DNA of 64,000 nucleotides from an uncultured Cytophagia bacterium (GTDB lineage: Bacteria; Zhuqueibacterota; Zhuqueibacteria; Residuimicrobiales; Krinioviventaceae): contig CAYNSO010000002.1 of NCBI GenBank assembly GCA_964399735.1, positions 77,440 to 141,439 on the forward strand, written 5' to 3'. The first letter of the stretch is position 1, and every line of letters begins with the position of its first letter. The translations under genes were made by a program, and so were the position numbers. Of this stretch, positions 11,722 through 22,211 are shown one piece after another. A model generated the notes under the pieces. It was not told where the DNA came from and made no database searches. It saw nothing but the letters and a program-made list of their open reading frames with translations.

Positions 11722-11910
11722 CTATTCTTCATCGTCCTGTTTTACTTTTTTATCTTTCTTTTCGTCATCATACTCACCGTCAGTCGCTTTTTTAAACTCA
11801 TTGATGCCTTTGCCCAATCCTTTAGCCAGTTCGGGTAATTTTTTGGCGCCAAATAAAAGAATTACGATGAATAAAATTACAAGAAGTTCAGGACCGCTAG
11901 GTATTCCCAT
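11722..11910 (-). CDS. tatA: twin-arginine translocase TatA/TatE family subunit
   Basis: 62 aa. N-terminal transmembrane helix followed by [23 protein letters not shown] and an acidic tail. Confidence 0.85.
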   Translation of the reverse strand: MGIPSGPELLVILFIVILLFGAKKLPELAKGLGKGINEFKKATDGEYDDEKKDKKVKQDDEE

Positions 11911-11954
11911 ATTTCCTCCACATAAATAATTAGTTTAATATGTTTACCATAGTA

Positions 11955-12131
11955 TTATCTATGGTTATCGCTGATATCAATTTCTTTTTTTACATCTTCG
12001 GCAGCTTTTTTGAACTCGCGCATACTTTTACCAATTCCACGAGCCAGTTCAGGCAGCCGTTTGGAGCCGAATAATAATAACACAACAACCATTATTATCA
12101 TTACTTCGGACATCCCTATTCCGGGAAACAT
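11955..12131 (-). CDS. tatA: twin-arginine translocase TatA/TatE family subunit (second paralog)
   Basis: FGSKRLPELARGIGKSMREFKKA. Preferred start is the internal MFPGIGMSEV, preceded by GGAGG. The ORF-track start at 12164 lacks an RBS. Confidence 0.75.
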   Translation of the reverse strand: MFPGIGMSEVMIIMVVVLLLFGSKRLPELARGIGKSMREFKKAAEDVKKEIDISDNHR

Positions 12132-12263
12132 AACAAACCTCCAGTTAAAAACCAATAGAAACAAATTACGGCAAAATATATAGCAGTTTTAAATCAATTG
12201 CAAGAACAATGTTTGTCTTGGCTAATCTGTTCTGTGAATTGCAAAAGTTACTGGATCATCGCA

Positions 12264-12530
12264 TCAAGAGTACCAGCGCATGATATAAGTAGCCAGAAAA
12301 ATACCAATAACGCCGATAATATTTAACTTGAACGTAAAGCCAATTGTAAAGGTAATCAAAATCAAATTGATCGTCGCCGGTGAAAAACCAAAACTGACAG
12401 AACGCAAAAAGAATTCACGAACAATTCCATCCGGTAACAAAAGCGCAATAACTTCTCCCAACACACCCCCGATAAGAGCGCCAAGAAAAATAACAATAAT
12501 GATTCGGCATATAGTGTGAGAATTTCTCAT
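12264..12530 (-). CDS. small integral membrane protein (DUF4321-like), hypothetical
   Basis: 88 aa with two or three hydrophobic helices. Co-directional with the surrounding genes and has reasonable codon usage. Confidence 0.5.
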   Translation of the reverse strand: MRNSHTICRIIIVIFLGALIGGVLGEVIALLLPDGIVREFFLRSVSFGFSPATINLILITFTIGFTFKLNIIGVIGIFLATYIMRWYS

Positions 12531-12671
12531 AGTATTATTCCTTTCACTGCACTTTCCGGATATAATGGTAATGGACAGGAATTCTTTAATATATTCCGAG
12601 TTGTAAATATTATATTCTGGACAAAGGGATGATTTACAATCAGATATTTTTTGAGTTCCAGATAAATTACC

Positions 12672-13409
12672 CTAGTTTTCGCTTATATCAATCGCCGACT
12701 CTTTTTTATGATTAAATAATTGTTCACGCACGAAAAATACAATTCCGGATAACAGGTAAATGAACATGAAAAGAGGTAATATAAATTCGGGAATTATAAA
12801 CATCAAAAGAATTGTCACACACAGAATTAAAAGCTTGTATAGATTTGTGCCTTTCTCGCGGAGCGATAACCGCGGCAATCCTTCATATTTAATTGTACTG
12901 GCCATTAACAGGCTGACAACCGGAACAATTATTAAAAGCATTCGCAACAGAAAGTGCCAGTTAGTAGCCATGTAAAGAATAACAACGCTGGCAATGGTCA
13001 CAGCGCCCATGGGCGCCGGCAGGCCGTCATACTTGTTGGAGCGGCCACTTTTGGTAACCAGAACATTGTATCGGGCCAGACGAAAAGCGGCAAACAACAA
13101 GGGTAAAAAGGCAATAAATATTCCGGTAATACCCAAACTATACAGATGAACCTGGTATAAAAGAATCGAGGGCGCCATACCGGAAGCAATCAGATCACTT
13201 AATGAATCAATCTGTAAACCAAATTGACTGCTGATACCGGAAGCGCGGGCAATTTTACCATCCAGGGCATCAAAAATGGACGCTACAAATATAAGCCATG
13301 CAGCGTTCTGATAATTGCCGGAAATTGCCAGGATAACTGCTAAAAAACCGCAAAACAGGTTAATCGTTGTAAATAAATTGGGAACTGTAATATACTTATC
13401 TTTTTTCAT
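12672..13409 (-). CDS. pssA: CDP-diacylglycerol--serine O-phosphatidyltransferase
   Basis: 245 aa. CDP-alcohol phosphatidyltransferase motif DALDGKIARASGISSQFGLQIDSLSD. Multi-pass membrane protein. Confidence 0.85.
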   Translation of the reverse strand: MKKDKYITVPNLFTTINLFCGFLAVILAISGNYQNAAWLIFVASIFDALDGKIARASGISSQFGLQIDSLSDLIASGMAPSILLYQVHLYSLGITGIFIAFLPLLFAAFRLARYNVLVTKSGRSNKYDGLPAPMGAVTIASVVILYMATNWHFLLRMLLIIVPVVSLLMASTIKYEGLPRLSLREKGTNLYKLLILCVTILLMFIIPEFILPLFMFIYLLSGIVFFVREQLFNHKKESAIDISEN

Positions 13410-14046
13410 TGATCCGTGCGATTACGCTTTCTCCTGCGCGCAACCTGTCTCCTTGTTTAATTGTTATTTTTGCCCAATCCGGCAAAAAGACTTCTACCCT
13501 GGAACCAAATTTAATAATACCAAATTTCTGCCCCGTTTCAACTTGCTGACCGAATTTCAAATTACAGACTATACGCCGGGCTATCATTCCGGTGATTTGC
13601 TTGAAAGCAAACTTGCCATAAGGGGTTTCCAGGCCAATAAAAGAATGCACATTATGTTGTGAAGCGCTATCAAGATTGGCGCGATGATAAGTTGAACCAC
13701 TATATTTTAAATACTCGACCGTTCCGGTAAAGGGGATATAATTCACATGTACATCAAATATCGTCATAAATATTGTAATGCGTGTAACCTGAGAATCTAT
13801 AAACACGGGTTCTTTAACCTGGCAGATATCAATCACCCGGCCATCAGCCGGTGATATAACAGCATACGGATCAACAGGTGGAACTCTGTGCGGGTCACGG
13901 AAAAAGTAAACCGAAAATAATGCCAGCAACACGCTCAAGCCGGAAAAAACATACATTAAATTGTTATTGTATACCTTGCCGACGATTCCGAAAATAATTC
14001 CGAAAAAAAGTATACCCAAAATTGTTGTCAAGCCTTCTTTACTCAT
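13396..14046 (-). CDS. psd: phosphatidylserine decarboxylase proenzyme (short Asd-type)
   Basis: 216 aa. C-terminal GxS cleavage region (FGSRVEV) and overall Psd pattern. Overlaps pssA by 14 nt, forming the pssA-psd pair. Confidence 0.8.
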   Translation of the reverse strand: MSKEGLTTILGILFFGIIFGIVGKVYNNNLMYVFSGLSVLLALFSVYFFRDPHRVPPVDPYAVISPADGRVIDICQVKEPVFIDSQVTRITIFMTIFDVHVNYIPFTGTVEYLKYSGSTYHRANLDSASQHNVHSFIGLETPYGKFAFKQITGMIARRIVCNLKFGQQVETGQKFGIIKFGSRVEVFLPDWAKITIKQGDRLRAGESVIARINEKR

Positions 14047-14055
14047 TGGCGCCTG

Positions 14056-14754
14056 CTAGAATAATTTAGCGTTCAAAGTCTCGATCAGGGTATCCAGATA
14101 TTTCTTATCTGCAGCCTGGTCTGTATTTAGAATCATTTCGTTGGTTTCCGCATCTATGATATGGATTGTGTCAAGGCAAATTTCACTACCAACAATTAAC
14201 CGGTTATCTTTATAACGGGCAAATTCAAGTTTAAAATCTGCCAGTTTAAAAGCACGTCGGCGAAAATAATCTTTAAGGATTACATTAATCTTGTTGATAA
14301 GGCGACGCATTTCTTTCAATTCCCCGGCTGTTGCTGTACCAAAAGAAATAATATGATCTTCTGTGATGATCTGCTCCTGGTCATCGTTATTTTTCAAATA
14401 GAATTCGATGAGTGGGCAATCCAGTTCCTTACCTTCTGCAACGCCAAAATTTTTAACCAGGCTACCGGTAGCAATATTACGAATACATAGGGTAACCGGT
14501 ATCTGGTTCACTTTTCTGACACACATTTTGGTTTCAGAAATAATCTTGATAAAGTGCGAAAAAATGTGGTAACTGCTCAGCACTTTAAAAATGTGCGAAG
14601 AAAATTGATTGGTGAACTCGGCTTTGTTTTTAATTTTTACAACTTTTGCTGCCGGGCCTGTTAAATAATCATCCTTAAATTCCTGTACAAGTTCATTTTC
14701 ATTTGTTGATTGATGAATAATCTTTGTCGGGGTTTCAAGAATAACAGTTTTCAA
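14056..14754 (-). CDS. purC: phosphoribosylaminoimidazole-succinocarboxamide synthase
   Basis: 232 aa. SAICAR synthetase motifs (NIATGSLVKNFG, DFKLEFA). Confidence 0.88.
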   Translation of the reverse strand: MKTVILETPTKIIHQSTNENELVQEFKDDYLTGPAAKVVKIKNKAEFTNQFSSHIFKVLSSYHIFSHFIKIISETKMCVRKVNQIPVTLCIRNIATGSLVKNFGVAEGKELDCPLIEFYLKNNDDQEQIITEDHIISFGTATAGELKEMRRLINKINVILKDYFRRRAFKLADFKLEFARYKDNRLIVGSEICLDTIHIIDAETNEMILNTDQAADKKYLDTLIETLNAKLF

Positions 14755-14766
14755 ATCAATTCTCCT

Positions 14767-16074
14767 TTATAATGTATCCAGTAAATTCAATCTTTTAAAA
14801 ATAAAATCGACATGCTTTAATGCAGCTTTTTCATCAAAACACAAGTCAATAATTTCGGGGGCAAGTATTTTTAATACTCGTTGATCAGAACGGATTACTG
14901 TTTTAAAATCGAGCCCCTCTTGCCAGCATTTCATGGCATTTTCCTGAACAATTTTATAAGCTTCTTCCCGGCTTGTACCGTTTTCGGTTAATGCCAGTAA
15001 TAATGGCTGTGAAAAAATCAAACCCCTGGTGATATGCAAATTTTTTAACATATTTTCAGGGTAAACAACCAGGTTATCCAGAATTTTGGCAAGACGGGTC
15101 AACATGTAATCAGTAAGAATACAGCTATCCGGGAAAATAACCCGCTCCACGGATGAGTGGCTGATATCGCGTTCATGCCACAAGGCAACATTCTCATAGG
15201 CAGCCATAGCATTACTGCGCAACAACCGGGCAAGTCCGGTAATATTTTCAGAGCCAATTGGATTCCGTTTATGCGGCATGGCCGAAGAACCTTTTTGTCC
15301 TTTGCTGAAGGGCTCTTCGGCTTCCAGCACTTCGGTTCTTTGCAAATGGCGAATTTCAATAGCAATTTTTTCCACAGTACAGCCGATTAATGCCAGGGCA
15401 TTGATAAATTGAGCGTGTAAATCACGCTGAATCACCTGGGTCGAAACCGGCGCCGGTGTTAATCCCAGTTCCCGACAGACAATTTCTTCAACCTGCGGGT
15501 CAATAAAAGCAAAAGTACCAACCACCCCTGAAATCATTCCAACCGATATGGCCTTGACAGCCGCTTGCAAACGGGCAAGATTTCGGTTCATTTCATCATA
15601 CCACAAGGCGAATTTAAGGCCGAATGAGGTAGGTTCGGCATGGATACCATGACTGCGGCCGACACAAACTGTATGTTTGTGAGTTAAAGCCTGCCGCTTC
15701 AGAACTGCCAGCAAATCTTGCAAATCTTTTTCAATCAAATGCGCAGCCTGGCGCGTTACAAGAGCTAACGAAGTATCGAGTAGATCAGAAGATGTCATAC
15801 CCAGATGAATAAAGCGTGATTCTGGACCAACATATTCGCCGACATTGGTTAAAAAGGCGATAACATCATGTTTAACAAGGGTTTCAATTTCCAAAATCCT
15901 TTCAACCGAAAAATCAGCTTTATCTGCAATGACCTGGGTAGTGCCTGCAGGTATTCTGCCAAGTTGTTCCTGGGCGCGGCATGCGGCAATTTCTACTGTG
16001 AGCCAGGTGCGGTATTTATTGTTGTCACTCCAAATTTCACCCATTTCCGGGCGGGTATAACGGCTTATCATCAA
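14767..16074 (-). CDS. purB: adenylosuccinate lyase
   Basis: 435 aa. Fumarate-lyase signature GSSAMPHKRNP; RYTRPEMGEIWS at the N-terminus. Confidence 0.92.
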   Translation of the reverse strand: MMISRYTRPEMGEIWSDNNKYRTWLTVEIAACRAQEQLGRIPAGTTQVIADKADFSVERILEIETLVKHDVIAFLTNVGEYVGPESRFIHLGMTSSDLLDTSLALVTRQAAHLIEKDLQDLLAVLKRQALTHKHTVCVGRSHGIHAEPTSFGLKFALWYDEMNRNLARLQAAVKAISVGMISGVVGTFAFIDPQVEEIVCRELGLTPAPVSTQVIQRDLHAQFINALALIGCTVEKIAIEIRHLQRTEVLEAEEPFSKGQKGSSAMPHKRNPIGSENITGLARLLRSNAMAAYENVALWHERDISHSSVERVIFPDSCILTDYMLTRLAKILDNLVVYPENMLKNLHITRGLIFSQPLLLALTENGTSREEAYKIVQENAMKCWQEGLDFKTVIRSDQRVLKILAPEIIDLCFDEKAALKHVDFIFKRLNLLDTL

Positions 16075-17303
16075 TACCCTCGTCTTTGTCTTTTGGGGTT
16101 GCTTGTCAACATTACTTTAACATTGAAATTTCTATGATCGCGATAAATATTTAAATCCAGGGAATCACCTACTTTGAGATCCTGGTTGTTGATAATTATA
16201 CTTATTTCGTCGGCAGAATTAACCGGGGCGTCATTGATAGCCAAAATAATATCACCAACTTTCAAGCCGGCTTTTTCAGCCGGACTGCGTTTTTCGATAT
16301 CAGTGATAATGGCGCCTTGTGTAGTTTTTAAACCAAGATACTGGGCAACCGCCGGAGAAACCAGATCATAATGGATACCTGTCCAAAAACTGCGTTCCAC
16401 ATAACCATTGTTCATTAAATCATTGAGGATCTTTTTTACGCGGTTAACGGGAATAGCAAAGCCCAAACCAATACTTGAAGTGCGCGTTTCGCTGCCGGAG
16501 ATGATCCAGGTATTGATACCAATTACTTCGCCATTACAATTTACCAAAGGGCCACCGCTGTTGCCGCCATTAATTGCAGCGTCGGTTTGCAGCATATCTT
16601 CAAACAGCCGGTCATTACTTTGTTTACCAAAATCCTGATCTTTGGCGCTGATCACACCAACTGTAACAGTTGGTTTGGAAGTAATATCAAACAAACCAAA
16701 CGGATTACCAATAGCAATCGCCCATTCACCAATAATTACATCGTCGGAATCACCCAATGGAGCAGAAGGGAAACTGCCGTCTCCCTCAATTTTTAGCACA
16801 GCAATATCTGTTTCATAATCTTCCCCGATTTTTCGGGCTTTGTATTGCCTGCCACCTACACGGGTGACTATAATTTCAGTAGCATTTTCAACAACATGCT
16901 GGTTGGTTAAAATATAGCCTTCGGAAGAAAAAATAAAGCCCGACCCCAAACTCTGCACCTGTTTTTCAAATGTAGGCCATTCGCGAAAAAAATGCCGGAA
17001 AAACGGATCATCAAAGAAAGGATTATTTGAATAATAACGCTGTACCTGGGTGATATTTATTCCCACAACAGCAGGGCTAACCATTTCAATAGCCTGAGTA
17101 ATGGCATTACGACGGGAATTTTCAACCGAAATAAAAGTATTATCACTGGTATTATTACCCTGAGTATAGTAATTTCTTTGCCGGGCAGCCTCGGCAGCTG
17201 GAATACACTGAGCTACGGGCAGCAACAAATCACTTGATAAAACCCAAATCAGTAGAGTTAAAAAACAAGGGTAATATTTTTTGGTACTAGTAATCATAAA
17301 CAA
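16071..17303 (-). CDS. Do/DegQ/HtrA-family serine endopeptidase with PDZ domain
   Basis: 410 aa. Signal/TM segment, catalytic triad contexts TNQHVV / DIAVLKI / GNSGGPLVN, and a C-terminal PDZ (GLKVGDIILAINDAPV). Confidence 0.9.
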   Translation of the reverse strand: MFMITSTKKYYPCFLTLLIWVLSSDLLLPVAQCIPAAEAARQRNYYTQGNNTSDNTFISVENSRRNAITQAIEMVSPAVVGINITQVQRYYSNNPFFDDPFFRHFFREWPTFEKQVQSLGSGFIFSSEGYILTNQHVVENATEIIVTRVGGRQYKARKIGEDYETDIAVLKIEGDGSFPSAPLGDSDDVIIGEWAIAIGNPFGLFDITSKPTVTVGVISAKDQDFGKQSNDRLFEDMLQTDAAINGGNSGGPLVNCNGEVIGINTWIISGSETRTSSIGLGFAIPVNRVKKILNDLMNNGYVERSFWTGIHYDLVSPAVAQYLGLKTTQGAIITDIEKRSPAEKAGLKVGDIILAINDAPVNSADEISIIINNQDLKVGDSLDLNIYRDHRNFNVKVMLTSNPKRQRRGY

Positions 17304-17324
17304 TCTATATATAAAAATACCTGT

Positions 17325-17975
17325 CTATTTCGAAATTTTATCCCAATCTTTCAGAAAACTCTGAATACCGGCATCGGTTAATGGGTGTTTGATTAATTTT
17401 TCAATAACGGTAAACGGAATTGTAGCAATGTGCGCGCCGATCAATGCGGACGTTTGCACGTGCCCGATACTGCGAATACTTGCCACAACTACTTCGGTTG
17501 TAAATCCATAATTCTCATAAATTTGCAAAATCTGTTCCACCATTTCCATGCCATTTTGACCGGTATCATCCAGCCGACCAACAAACGGACAGACATACGA
17601 AGCGCCGGCTTTGGCGGCGGCCAAAGCTTGCATGGCGCTAAATATCAGGGTAACATTAGTTTTAATCCCCTCTTTTTCCAAAGTATTAACGGCCATCAAG
17701 CCATCTTTAGTGGCAGGAATTTTTATAACAATATTTTTATGAATTTTTGCCAGGTTCATGCTTTCGGCAATAATCTCATCAGCGTCAAGACTGATCGCTT
17801 CGGCACATACCGGGCCATCAACAATATCACAGATCGCTTTATAAATTTCTTCCGGTGTACCTTTTTCTTTGGCCAGTAAAGTGGGGTTGGTCGTAACACC
17901 ATCAGCCAAACCCAGATCGACTGCTTTTTGAATTTCTTCAACATTGGCGGAATCGATAAAAAACTTCATTGTCAC
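17325..17975 (-). CDS. fructose-6-phosphate aldolase / short transaldolase family protein
   Basis: 216 aa. [13 protein letters not shown]...VTTNP...VIKIPAT (Schiff-base Lys) matches the TalC/Fsa family. Confidence 0.85.
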   Translation of the reverse strand: MTMKFFIDSANVEEIQKAVDLGLADGVTTNPTLLAKEKGTPEEIYKAICDIVDGPVCAEAISLDADEIIAESMNLAKIHKNIVIKIPATKDGLMAVNTLEKEGIKTNVTLIFSAMQALAAAKAGASYVCPFVGRLDDTGQNGMEMVEQILQIYENYGFTTEVVVASIRSIGHVQTSALIGAHIATIPFTVIEKLIKHPLTDAGIQSFLKDWDKISK

Positions 17976-18207
17976 TCCATTTCTTTAATGAACGAATTTG
18001 TTCACTGGTTTTTACAATTTTTCAAGAGTTTAAAATACCAGAAAATCAAAGTCTCTTTTATTTATGCATCCGATTATTGTTAAAAGAAAACCGGATAGAA
18101 TGTCAGATTGGAACAATCAGAATATAGAACCAAAATCTGATGAATTATAATATACTAAATTCAATAATCAATTTGTACTTTTTTTATGAAAAACAAAAAA
18201 AACAAAA

Positions 18208-18933
18208 TTAGTACATAACATTGGTCAAAAACAAACCCTGCGGTGGCACGGTTGGGCCGGCAAGTGTGCGATCCCTGGCCTCCAATATTGCCTTAAATTG
18301 CGGCAGGGTTGTGGATTCCTTGCCGATCTTTATAAATGTGCCAACTAGAATTCTTACCATATTATGTAAAAAACGGTTTGCAATTATTTCAAAAATCAGT
18401 TTATCATTATCCCGCCGCCACGTAGCATGGGAAACATCGCAGAGATAATGATTGACATCTGCGCCGGTTTGACAAAATGATTGAAAATCATGCGATCCCA
18501 ATATTAACTGACACGCTTCTTGCATTAATGATAAATTCAGAGGTTCATTAAAATACCAGGCATACTGACGGCCAATTGCAACCGGTTTTGTTAAAATATA
18601 GTAATGATAGGTTCGCGCCCGGGCGCTAAAACGCGAACTAAAATTTTCATGAACTTGTTGGGCATCATTAACACGGATATCGCGCGGCAGAATTGCATTG
18701 CAGCCGACGTGAAACACATAATCCGGTAATTTGCTATTGGTGAAGAAATTTAAAACTTGCCCGGTGGCATGAACACCGGAATCGGTTCGACCGGCAGCAG
18801 TAACCCGGATTTTTTCACAGGTAAGCTGCGATAATGCCTGTTCCAGTTCCGCCTGCACGGTTCTTACTTGCGGTTGAATTTGCCATCCGCAAAAATCAGT
18901 GCCGTCATATTCGATTATCAATTTTATATTACG
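18208..18933 (-). CDS. truA: tRNA pseudouridine(38-40) synthase
   Basis: IEYDGTDFCGWQIQP...AAGRTDSGVHATGQV. Preferred start MRNIKLIIEYDG at 18933 lies downstream of the ecfT stop. The ORF-track start at 18972 would overlap ecfT by 23 nt. Confidence 0.85.
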   Translation of the reverse strand, partial: RNIKLIIEYDGTDFCGWQIQPQVRTVQAELEQALSQLTCEKIRVTAAGRTDSGVHATGQVLNFFTNSKLPDYVFHVGCNAILPRDIRVNDAQQVHENFSSRFSARARTYHYYILTKPVAIGRQYAWYFNEPLNLSLMQEACQLILGSHDFQSFCQTGADVNHYLCDVSHATWRRDNDKLIFEIIANRFLHNMVRILVGTFIKIGKESTTLPQFKAILEARDRTLAGPTVPPQGLFLTNVMY

Positions 18934-18949
18934 CATAACCTGGGGTACA

Positions 18950-19756
18950 TCATAGCAGTTGATAATAAACACTGATTCCAGTTAATATGATACACATTAC
19001 AAGTACAAAATAATCAGTTGTAGTATAGTGCAATATCTTGTAACCCGTTCGGCGCTCGCCACCCGAATAACATCGGGAATCCATTGCCAGGGCTAATTCA
19101 TCGGCGCGCCGAAATGCGGAAATGAACAGGGGCAATATTAACGGAATAATACTTTTTACACGATTGATAATATGACCTTCAAAAGAAGCCCCTCGCGAGA
19201 GTTGGGCATTTTTTATTTTCTGTGCTTCCTCAATCAGAGCTGGAATAAATCGCAATGACAATGTCAGCATCATAACTATTTCATGGGTTGGCACCCGTAA
19301 TCTTTTCAATGGTTTAAGAATTTGCTCCAGGGCATCTGTTAACTCAACAGGTGAAGTAGTCAGGGTTAATAGCGCTGCCAGAATAATAAGCACAATCAGT
19401 CGTAATGAATATTTCAACCCTAACAAAATACCGTCAGCAGTAATTTGCATTCCGGCAAACGGGATTTCCAGCAACATTCGCCCGGGCGTCCAGAATAAAT
19501 GGACAATGATTGTCAGGACAAACAGCCAGATAAAAGGACGTAAATTTCCAAAAATCAAACCGGCTGGAATATGCGACAATAAAGTGACCGATACAAGAAC
19601 CAATAAAAAAACAAAAATAATCAGTGGTCGATTGGAGATCAGTAAGCCGGTCATCAGCATAAAAACAGAGAATAATTTTGTTCTGGGGTCCAACCGGTGT
19701 ATAAGAGATTCTCCCGGAAAATATTGACCCAAAGTTATATCATTCATAAATGCCAT
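18950..19756 (-). CDS. ecfT: energy-coupling-factor transporter transmembrane (T) component
   Basis: 268 aa polytopic membrane protein of the CbiQ/EcfT family, with the conserved ARG..S.. loop (LSRGASFEG) and RRADELALAMDSRCY. Confidence 0.8.
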   Translation of the reverse strand: MAFMNDITLGQYFPGESLIHRLDPRTKLFSVFMLMTGLLISNRPLIIFVFLLVLVSVTLLSHIPAGLIFGNLRPFIWLFVLTIIVHLFWTPGRMLLEIPFAGMQITADGILLGLKYSLRLIVLIILAALLTLTTSPVELTDALEQILKPLKRLRVPTHEIVMMLTLSLRFIPALIEEAQKIKNAQLSRGASFEGHIINRVKSIIPLILPLFISAFRRADELALAMDSRCYSGGERRTGYKILHYTTTDYFVLVMCIILTGISVYYQLL

Positions 19757-20038
19757 AATTTATTCAAAAATATAATATAGGAAATTAAAGCCAGAAATCA
19801 AATAAAAACCTGACAGCCGGAATGAGGTAAAACCTGGTAACCCAAAGTGAGAAATAGTTTGATAAAAATTGCCAATTGAAAGAAAAAAAATCATATATCA
19901 TATAGTTTTACTTGATATTTCAGGTTTTTTTTTCAATATTACAGCTGTTCATTTTTGTACAATATTAGTTGCGGGATCGGATCGAATCTTAATTAAATTG
20001 GCGCCAATTTATTCTAAATGGTAGCTGGAGGAAAATTT

Positions 20039-22066
20039 ATGAATTCACAAAGCAGTAAAAAAGTCAAGCACAACCCGTATGTACCGGTAAATACACAAAT
20101 GCGCGAATTTACTTTTAAAGCTATCTTTTTGGGGTTGATCCTTGCTATTGTTCTGGGGGCAGCAAATGCCTACCTGGGATTAAAAGCCGGAATGACTGTT
20201 GCCGCAACATTCCCGGCGGCAGTAATTGCTATGGCAATTCTGAAACCATTCAAAGGCTCAATACTGGAAGAAAACATGGCCCGAACTACCGGGGCGGTTG
20301 GTGAAGCCCTTGCAGCCGGCGCTATTTTTACAATTCCGGCTTTTATACTCGCCGGCGTTTGGAATAATTTTGATTATTTAAAAAGCACCATGCTAATGCT
20401 GGTGGGTGGAATTTTAGGGGTTTTGTTTATCATTCTGCTACGACGCACATTGATTGAAGACGAAACCCTCCCCTATCCTGAAAGCAAGGCTTGTGCTGAA
20501 ATTGTCAAAGCCGGCCAAAGCGGGCAATCAGGCGGTAAATATGTTTTTTGGTCTATGGGATTTGCAGCGCTGATAGAACTGTTTAAAAACGAAAACGGGT
20601 TTCGGTTTGTTAAAGACTCTGTGTCCGGCTTTTTCAACTTTCAAACTTCAAAAATTGCATTACTGAATTCAAAAAGTCTAATCATTGAAAGGCTATCCGA
20701 GACTGGTGAAAAAATACAGGCGCAGTTTTCTTACAAAGGTGGTATGTTCATGCAAAGTCCTGCCGCTTCACCGGCGTTTCTTGGTGTTGGTTATATTATT
20801 GGCTATAAACTGGCGGCTATCACTTTTTCCGGTGGTGTCTTTGGATGGATTTTTTTAATGCCGATTGTTCTGTTTTTATTAAGCGGACAACTGGAGCCCT
20901 TTGCCTTGTCACAAGATTGGGTTACCATTGCCAAAGCGGCTTATAGTTCAACAGTAAAACCAATTGCCGTTGGCGGCATGCTGGTAGGGGCGTTTAATAC
21001 CCTGTTCAAAATGCGTAAAAGTCTGTTTAGCGGTATCAGCCATGGCATTCAGGATATTCGCCAGGCCAGTGGTAACAAGACTGAAAAAGTACGTACCGAC
21101 AAAGATTTGCCGTTTGGCATGACTCTTTTAGCCATCGGTATTTTGGTTATCTGTATTGTTTTTGTTTACAAATCGTTTAGCATTAACTGGGGTTCTGCAG
21201 TATTGGCGGCAATTATCATGACTCTGGCGGGATTCATCTTTGCTGCGGTTGCCGGGTATCTGGTTGGTATTATCGGCAGCTCTTCCAATCCAATTTCCGG
21301 GTTAACCTTGTCAACTTTGCTGATTGCCGCGTTATTAATGGTTCTGGTTGGCATGAAGGGCGATCCGGGTGTGGCTGCGGTGCTTGCTGTTGCTTCGGTA
21401 GTTTGCTGTGTGGCCGGTGTTGCCGGAGATATGATGCAAGACCTGAAAGTAGGATACCTGCTTGGCGGTACACCCTGGAAAATGCAGTTGGGGGTAATTA
21501 TGGGTGTTATAGCCGCTTCGCTGGTTCTGGTCATTCCCATCATGTTGTTACATAATGCTTACGGACTGGGCAGCGATGCCTTGCCTGCGCCGCAGGCCGG
21601 GTTAATGGCCATGATGAGCAAGGGCATTGTTGGCGGCGATATGGCCTGGCCGCTGGTAATTGCCGGAATGTTCTTTGGCATTGCCCTTATTCTGATCGGT
21701 TCCCCCTCTCCCATGCTCATTTCTGTAGGTATGTATTTACCTTTTAATACTACATCCGCAATTTTCATTGGTGGTTTAATTAAATTTGTTGTTGATAAAA
21801 TGGCCGAGAAAAAAATCAAAAGCGAAGATGACAAAAACCAGGTCGAAAATACCGGCTTGTTGCTGGCTTCAGGTCTGGTTGCCGGAGAAGCGCTCACCGG
21901 TATTATTCTGGCCGCACTGGTTGTTGCCAATATTAACATTAAAACTTTGATTGGATTACCGGCAAGTTTTGATGGGCTGTGGTGGCTTGCTATTGTGGTT
22001 TTCCTGCTTATCGCATATATATTAATTAAATATCCTTTGAATAAACTGAATGCTAAAAACAAATAA
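20039..22066 (+). CDS. OPT-family oligopeptide transporter
   Basis: About 16 transmembrane segments with OPT-superfamily topology. Preferred start MNSQSSKK at 20039 is preceded by GGAGG. The ORF-track start at 20018 has no RBS. Confidence 0.8.
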   Translation: MNSQSSKKVKHNPYVPVNTQMREFTFKAIFLGLILAIVLGAANAYLGLKAGMTVAATFPAAVIAMAILKPFKGSILEENMARTTGAVGEALAAGAIFTIPAFILAGVWNNFDYLKSTMLMLVGGILGVLFIILLRRTLIEDETLPYPESKACAEIVKAGQSGQSGGKYVFWSMGFAALIELFKNENGFRFVKDSVSGFFNFQTSKIALLNSKSLIIERLSETGEKIQAQFSYKGGMFMQSPAASPAFLGVGYIIGYKLAAITFSGGVFGWIFLMPIVLFLLSGQLEPFALSQDWVTIAKAAYSSTVKPIAVGGMLVGAFNTLFKMRKSLFSGISHGIQDIRQASGNKTEKVRTDKDLPFGMTLLAIGILVICIVFVYKSFSINWGSAVLAAIIMTLAGFIFAAVAGYLVGIIGSSSNPISGLTLSTLLIAALLMVLVGMKGDPGVAAVLAVASVVCCVAGVAGDMMQDLKVGYLLGGTPWKMQLGVIMGVIAASLVLVIPIMLLHNAYGLGSDALPAPQAGLMAMMSKGIVGGDMAWPLVIAGMFFGIALILIGSPSPMLISVGMYLPFNTTSAIFIGGLIKFVVDKMAEKKIKSEDDKNQVENTGLLLASGLVAGEALTGIILAALVVANINIKTLIGLPASFDGLWWLAIVVFLLIAYILIKYPLNKLNAKNK

Positions 22067-22083
22067 ACTTTGAATGTTTATAA

Positions 22084-22120
22084 AACAACCCGGTTGTAAA
22101 CCGGCCGGGTTGTTTTGTTG
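22084..22120 (+). terminator. rho-independent terminator after OPT transporter gene
   Basis: Stem AACAACCCGG / CCGGGTTGTT with an 11-nt loop, followed by a TTGTTG T-rich tail. Confidence 0.6.
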
Positions 22121-22122
22121 AA

Positions 22123-22150
22123 TTGAACAGGATAACTGAATTTATAATAT
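22123..22150 (+). promoter_or_regulatory. sigma70-like promoter (TTGAAC-16-TAATAT) upstream of PqqD-like/peptidase genes
   Basis: -35 TTGAAC at 22123-22128, a 16-nt spacer, and -10 TAATAT at 22145-22150. About 60 nt upstream of the start codon at 22212. Confidence 0.4.
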
Positions 22151-22211
22151 ACCACCTGGCTTGGTTACTTTTCAGGCAAACAACAAACAACTTTGAGGAC
22201 GGGAATACCAG

